Shown here: positions 57,451-64,000 of the stretch, in pieces
Layout: the number at the start of each line of letters is the position of its first letter
Numbering within the stretch: position 1 is the stretch's first letter
Assembly (NCBI RefSeq): GCF_006345805.1
Contig: NC_043004.1
Span: forward strand, 64,914,001 to 64,978,000
From: Octopus sinensis
Lineage: Eukaryota
DNA length: 64,000 bases
Reading direction: 5' to 3'
Notes under the pieces: model-generated
The model's database searches: none
The model's input: only the letters and a program-made list of their open reading frames with translations
Told to the model about the DNA's origin: nothing
Made by a program: the position numbers and the translations under genes

Positions 57451-58143
57451 CTAAGTAATTAAGGGTTTAGCAACGATTTGCCTCACCACACACCGAATTT
57501 AGAAATAGCAGTCAAAGAGTTATGGCTATTTTTTCTACTTAAAAGGGAGATCCCAGTAAAACCACAGCACTTAAAAGGCAAACAACGCAGGCAAAAGAGA
57601 AAGAAATGACGACAATCATTCTATATTAAGTCACCTATGGACGTACGTTTCGAAATTAAGTCATAGGAAAGCATAAAAATTAAATAATTATGTCTTACCC
57701 GACTATTTTTCTCCTCAGCGTAGGACTCTTCAATTATAAATAATTGCGTCTCAATTATGAATAATTGTGTATTAAATTTGGAGGCACTAGAAGACATCAC
57801 CTCAACTCATGGTATCAGAGCGAGCGTAAGCCGTGACCAGTACCACCAAATTCAAAGGGTGAATGACAGTTTGTGTCACCATCCTCCTCCCACCAGCGTG
57901 CTGCCAGAATAAGATGTTGCGGTTATTTACTGGGATGAAATATAATTATCAGTAATAATATAGGGTGAAATTAATTAATTTGGAATAATCATTAATTTCA
58001 CCAAGTAGATTTCGGCATGTAAAAGCCCCATTCAAGGAAGGTTTAAGTAATACTAAGTAATTAAGGGTTTAGCAACGATTTGCCTCATCACACACCGAAG
58101 TTAGAAATAGCAGTCAAAGAGTTATGGCTATTCTTTCTACTTA
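57451..58143 (-). mobile_element. Terminally redundant 602-bp repeat unit carrying a hammerhead (PLE pseudo-LTR/retrozyme-like)
   Basis: 91-bp direct repeats at 57451-57541 and 58053-58143; the left end abuts (TA)n. Confidence 0.75.
57634..57724 (-). ncRNA. Type I hammerhead ribozyme, intact core, third family
   Basis: CCTACG CTGAGGA G-AAA..AGTC..GACT..TTT-C GAAA CGTACG TC CATAGG; palindromic stem III, GUC triplet, one C.A mismatch in stem I. Confidence 0.85.
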
Positions 58144-58251
58144 GATATATAAATGTATATACAGAGAGAGATATATGTATGTATATGCATGTGTGTGTAT
58201 CGACCTATCTATCTATCTATCTATCTATCTATATATATATAGGTATATATA

Positions 58252-58300
<49 letters not shown>

Positions 58301-58933
58301 CATGAGTTCACCTATCACAAGGCATGTCAGCAACCCTTTGGGGCTCTATAACCCCTCCCATTACACCACTCTACTGGCTTATCTAAATAGTTCCATTTGC
58401 TTGGTTAACTTTCTTTTCCTAAGGTCAAAATAACTTGACCAATGTTTTCACATTCTATCTGGTGGCTATTCCCTTAATTGCTTTCTCCACCTCTATACAT
58501 TTCCTGGTTAGTCCCCACCTACCCCTCTTCACTCCGCTTCCAACCGGTTTTGTATCTCTCTCAGCTATTTATATAAGATAACTGCATGTTTGTAATCTGT
58601 ATTTCTTCTCTGTGTCCATGGAGGTGTCCAGTTTTCATGTATAAGTTGCATCTATGGATCGCATTTACAATGTGGTGTTATTTATTACCAAATACTGAAA
58701 CATGTGTAACAGATGGAATAAAGGAATAACAAGTTCCTATGCCTATGATTTTTCTCTCATTTTTGTTGTGTTCTTTACATTATATTATGGCCGTTCTCGT
58801 ATGGCATTGAATTCTTTGGGATCATGCAACAAAGAGTTCGATGGGATTACTAATAAGAACTGCAACCCAAATGTTAAATTTGTTGTACACTGAGTGCATC
58901 CATTCCCACTTAAACGTGTGTGTGTGCACGTGC

Positions 58934-59003
<70 letters not shown>

Positions 59004-59122
59004 GGAGAGTTCACAAAAAAAAAACAAAAGACGAAGACAGGTGGTGTAGACAACAAACAGATGTATCAGTATAACGCTCAAGAAGTGAAAAGGTCTTTAA
59101 TGTTTCGAGCCTACGCTCTTCC

Positions 59123-59180
<58 letters not shown>

Positions 59181-60029
59181 ACTGCATACACATACATATA
59201 CGTGTGTATATGATATGAAATATGTTTATATAATACTAAACAGCATTTATGAAATTTATAGGTGACTACATTCCAAAACGAACTTCGTAAATGCTTATAT
59301 TCCGAAGTAAATTCATTTTCGTTATTAATCTGGATTTAAACTTTATATAAATTGCAATATGACAGCTGTTTTATTACAGCCAAGCATGAAACAGCAGTGA
59401 ACTGTACTGATTGACCTTGTGCTCTATCAATGACAGATTCTTCTTCAGCAGCACAAAGGATTATCCAGTAGTAGTTTAGTCTATATCCTCCACAAGATTA
59501 TGCCTTCAAAGTTGAATGGCAATCCAGCTTACTTGAACTGAGAAAGAAGTAATGAAGAGAAACTTCAGGAAACCAAATCCAAATGATTTTAATAACAGTC
59601 TTTATTAATGGAGCAACAGTTTAGATTTTGTCTAAGGAAAGAACTATTGACTATAATGAAAAATTTCAAAGTAATCTAATTAATCAAAGTTAAGCTCCGA
59701 ATTAACTCTGACTTCGGTTAAGGTGTAGAGATAGGAATTATGATATGGTGATGACTTAAAACTTAATTATTACCTTAGTAAGACTAATTAATTTTAGGAT
59801 TGTAGGTATGATACCAATGTCACAATCAAGTGCTTAACACAGAGATATCACTTTTAATACCTATGTGTGGGTGTGTTTGTGTATGTGTCTACATCTACAT
59901 GTATTTATATATGCTTAAGTGTACATAAATATATGTCTAACAACAAAACTTCACAGATTGAGATTCCAGCTGAAGTTTGCAAAACTGGTCATTTAAATGA
60001 GCAACATCTGAAAACTTACACTAAAACAT

Positions 60030-61015
60030 ACAAAAGAGACATGAGAACAATGTGGAGACAGGGAAGAATCCTACTATTTCTAAAGAAAGGTAACTTGGCA
60101 TCTTTGAGAAATTACAAAGATATCACATGAACAGTGGTGACAGCAAAAATTCACAGCAAAATGTTCCCAAATAGAATAAGGTCTCATTTTGTTATACACT
60201 TCTGCATAACAAAATGGATTTGGAAAAGTAGAAGAAGAACAACAGCATAGATACAAGCAGTAAGGATACTCATTGATGGAGACACATCAGAATGGTTTTC
60301 AGCAATACTGAAATTCATAGATTTCTAAAAAGCTCTTGACTTAATGCATCAGTTGCTTACAGAATCCTCTGGAAAATAGTCTTGACTGTTAAAGTGCTCC
60401 ACAACGACACCTCTGTGTCCTTTGATATTTTGGCAGCCTCAGCCCTTTCTTATTCATAATAGCACGAGGCTAAGTGATGGGAGAGGCAACAAAAGATGGT
60501 GATTTAATCAGTTTTAGACCACAATATGAATGCAGCAGGAAACATCCTGCAGTGCACCCCACAGATGAGGACTTAGCATTAAGATCTGATGCAACAAAAC
60601 AAGATTATGTTTTTATTGTGAGTTGAGTTTGGTGCTTCACAGATTGACTTACATACAGATGAGGATAAAACAAAGTACATGGCTTACATCCAAAAAGACA
60701 GCTGCCTATTAACAACAGCTGGATACAAGTCAGAAAAAAATAAACAATTTCTTGTAATTGTGCTGATGGGATGAAAAAAGAGAAAAAGGCTTTAAAATTC
60801 ACATTGCTAAAAACACGATCAGCTCAGTCAGAGATGGACACCATTTGGAATTCAGAGTTAAACAGAGAGCTTAAGATTAGTTTTTCTTGAGTAACTATAG
60901 AAACCGTGTTCTTACACAGTTGTACTAAAGTGGATTGTAATGAAGACATAGGAAAGAAAACTAAATGGAACAGACTCAAGATTTCTCAGAGAAACAGTTA
61001 ACATTAAATTAAAGT
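60030..61015 (+). mobile_element. Ancient RTE-X-like LINE remnant
   Basis: WRQGRILLFLKKGNLASLRNYKDIT..QNGF..FIDF*KALD; heavily decayed relative of 41640-42837. Confidence 0.65.
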
Positions 61016-61801
61016 CTGTGTGTGTGAGCGTGCATGTGTGCACATGGATGTGTGCACACATGCCCATGCATGTACATTTATACATACATACACATGAGTA
61101 GTACAAGATGTGGAATAAGAGAATTGTATGACTAACACAGAAAGCTCTTCTTACGGAATCTGCTATTAATCCACAGAGCAATCAATTACAAAGAAGTGTA
61201 AGGTAGAGTGTCCACATCACTGAAAATCCAGAAGATCCAATCACTGAAGGTATTTCATGAGTAAAATATGAAACCATAAAGTCAGGAGATATGAGAGCTG
61301 ATTATATATTTATTTAACAATGCAACGTCCATAGGATTATGACCATTTCACAACCTTCTTAATGTAGTATTAATTTCAAATATCCAAGAAATTCTGTGTA
61401 CATGTTGGCATTAATATGTATGCTCAGTGGTGTACAATAGAATTGTATATTCACAAATTAATGTCTATAAAGAAAGCTAGCTCATCAGATCACTGGAACA
61501 TCATGGTTACATTAACTCTTCTTTATCAAAGAAAGTACTCTATCCAGTGAGAGATAAATATTTAAGACACACGGTATTTAATGTGAGATACTAATAGTTA
61601 AATGTAGCGGAAACAATAATTCAGCAGATTTTGTGCTTTGTGTCTCCATGCACCCCTTCAGGCATGATCCACAAGACATGATATATATTGTGTTTCCACA
61701 GCATGAAACCATTGGTAGCTCATATTTAAATACTGTGAATATTTAATTATATATACACATACATATATATGTGTGTGTATGTGTGTGTGTGTGTGTGTGT
61801 G

Positions 61802-62506
61802 TGACAACTGTGCTGATATGACAACTGTGCTGATATGATCATGTGTTGCGAATGGATGAGGACAGCTGTGTGAAAAAGTGTCAAACCCTAGCAGTTGAGG
61901 GAACCTGCGGAAGAGGTAGACCAAGGAAGACCTGGAATGAAGCACAACCTTCGAACATTGGGCCTCAATGAGGCAATGACAAGTGACTGAGACCTTTGGA
62001 AATATGCTGTGCTTCAGAAGACCTGGCAAGCCTAGTGAGACCATAACCATGGCCTATACCAGTGCTGTATAACCAGCCCATTTAAGAGTACCCTTCAATC
62101 ATTGGACAATAAACTATGCTTGCAAAGAACTGTTGAGGCAAGTGAAATTGCTGTCATGGCCAATGACAGTACTGCCTGATTGGCAGCCGTGCCAGTGGAA
62201 CATTAAAAGCACCATTTGAGCATGGTTGTTGCCAGTGCCGCTGAACTGGCTCCTGTGCAGGTGGCACGTAAAAAGCACCATTTGAGCGTGGCCATTGCCA
62301 GTACCACCTGACTGGCCCTTATGCCGGTGGCACATAAAAGCACCCACTATACTCTCGGAGTGCTTGGCATCCGAGGAAGGGCATCCAGCTGTAGAAACTT
62401 TGCCAGACAAGATTGGAGACTGGTGCAGCCTTCTGGCTTGCCAGCCCTCAGTCAAATCGTCCAACCCATGCCAGCATGGAAAGTGGATGTTAAACGATGA
62501 TGATGA
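61802..62506 (+). mobile_element. 5'-truncated RTE LINE (ORF end plus 3'UTR)
   Basis: ..DEDSCVKKCQTLAVEGTCGRGRPRKTW..; 17-bp duplication at its 5' end; (GAT)n tail. Confidence 0.9.
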
Positions 62507-63219
62507 TATATATATACATACACACACACACACAGACATACAAATACATATTAATGTATATCTACTCCCATCTATAACCATCTGTTATTCTCGCCTCATG
62601 CTCTCATGAAACTATCCACCTTACCTTCATCCCTCTCGTCTTCTATCTCCATCCTCTCTTATATTCACCTTCTTATGTCTCGGGAGTTTGCACTAGCACC
62701 CCATCATTACCATCTTTATCTTCTTCTCACTTAATACTGTTCACCCTTGTGCAATGCAGCATAGCCAGAGATCTTCCTGATAGCAAAATATCTGTATGAT
62801 AGAGGTTACCCCTGTCATAGGATACCTTTTATCATACTTTAGACTCTCAACACCCAGCATAAAGCCACCATTTCCTCTCATATACTTCACCCAACTTAGT
62901 CAAGAGTGGTTTTTTTCCCTCTTCTTTTCCTCACTAGCAATGGTGACACATAAAAAAAATAGCATTATACACTGTAAAGCATTAGAAGTGCATCCAGTCG
63001 TAGAGACCATGCCAAAGTTGAGGCTGAAGTTCAACACAACCCTGTGGATCACCAGATCCTGTCAAACTGTCCACCCATGCTTGGATGTAACATGGTTACA
63101 AAATGATGATGGCAACCATGATTATGATGATGATATATGTTATCATACAAATGTACAAATTTAAATCTTAAACGATAACAGTCTGCAGTCACATCTATAT
63201 TGATTTTAAGTCAATGCCA

Positions 63220-63790
63220 CATCATCATCATCATCATCATTTAACGTCCGCTTTCCATGCTAGCATGGGTTGGACGGTTCAACTGGGGTCTGGGGAGCCC
63301 GAAGGCTGCACCAGGCCAGTCAGATCTGGCAGTGTTTCTACAGCTGGATGCCCTTCCTAACGCCAACCACTCCGAGAGTGTAGTGGGTGATTTTATGTGC
63401 CACCGACACAGGTGCCAGACGAGGCTGGCGAACGGCCATGCTCGGATGGTGTTTTTATGTGCCACCGACACAGGTGCCAGACGAGGCTGGCGAACGACCA
63501 CGCTCGGATGGTTTTTTTATGTGCCACCGACACAGGTGCCAGACAAGGCTAGCAGACGACCACGCTCGGATGGTGTTTTTATGTGCCACCGACACAGGAG
63601 CTAGATGAGGCTGGCGATCGGCCACGATCGGATGGTGATTGTTACGTGCCCACAGCATGGAGGCCAGTTGGTGCGCCACTGGCTACGGCCACGTTCGGAT
63701 GGTTTTCTCGTGTGCCACCGGCACTGGTACCACAAAGATACAAATTCCATTGATGTTCATCTATTTTGATTTTGTTTGATTTTTTTGATT
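63220..63790 (-). mobile_element. RTE 3'UTR-only insertion with four or more 62-bp repeats
   Basis: Nearly identical to 27177-27715 apart from repeat number. Confidence 0.9.
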
Positions 63791-64000
63791 TGATTTGATT
63801 TAATATTCTAGTTTAATATTCAAAACATTAGATTTGTGTAAAAAAAAATAATAATTAAAAACTACAAAAAGTGGCTTCTTCCTTCCACTTTATCACATTC
63901 GAAGTTCAGAGCTTTCGATTAATGACTTTACTTTAAGCGTTTCATTCAACAAGCTATGTAGAAGTGTAATATTGAAGAAATTAATTTTTCACTTGAAACT

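Noticed and set aside
57808-57821. CA|TGGTATCAGAGC, a perfect plant-type tRNA-iMet primer-binding site preceded by TATA-like and ATTAAA motifs
   Set aside because: No second LTR, gag or pol was found, and the putative LTR overlaps the hammerhead unit. A lone 12-mer noticed after the fact could be chance. Reconsider if a BLAST finds it upstream of gag.
57995-58045. Minus-strand GGC-loop-GCC GAAA, suggesting a second hammerhead in the 602-bp unit
   Set aside because: The upstream core reads CTTGAATG, not CTGANGA, and stems I and III do not pair.
63390-63640. Regular 62-bp repeats resembling a CRISPR array (also at 6503 and 27351)
   Set aside because: The units are contiguous with no unique spacers, lie inside a LINE 3'UTR, and there are no cas genes in this eukaryotic context.

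Overview
AT-rich, microsatellite-dense eukaryotic (animal) genomic DNA. It is most likely an octopus or other coleoid cephalopod; this is inferred from the SINE, RTE and ZNF styles, with no database check. Only one host gene is supportable: a tandem C2H2 zinc-finger ORF (22472-23632, +, 12 complete fingers) followed by frameshifted relic fingers. The rest is a layered transposon landscape. It holds about 12 RTE-clade LINE copies or 3' ends with (GAT)n tails and an apparent PHD finger inside the RT, an RTE-X-like LINE, an inverted CR1-like fragment, two Penelope-like (PLE) remnants, Tc1, DD37D/maT-like, hAT and two Tigger/pogo remnants, a decayed RepHel Helitron with non-autonomous relatives, several tRNA-derived SINE families and fold-back elements. 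The most notable signal is non-coding: six type I hammerhead ribozyme motifs with canonical catalytic cores, from at least four unrelated repeat families, plus degenerate copies. Three of them sit in a tandem-plus-inverted array (26734-28790, 475-nt ribozyme-to-ribozyme period). That array resembles PLE pseudo-LTRs or non-LTR retrozymes and has captured a 291-bp inverted copy of DNA from the other side of the ZNF gene. All coordinates and folds were derived by eye; element boundaries are approximate unless a terminus is stated.
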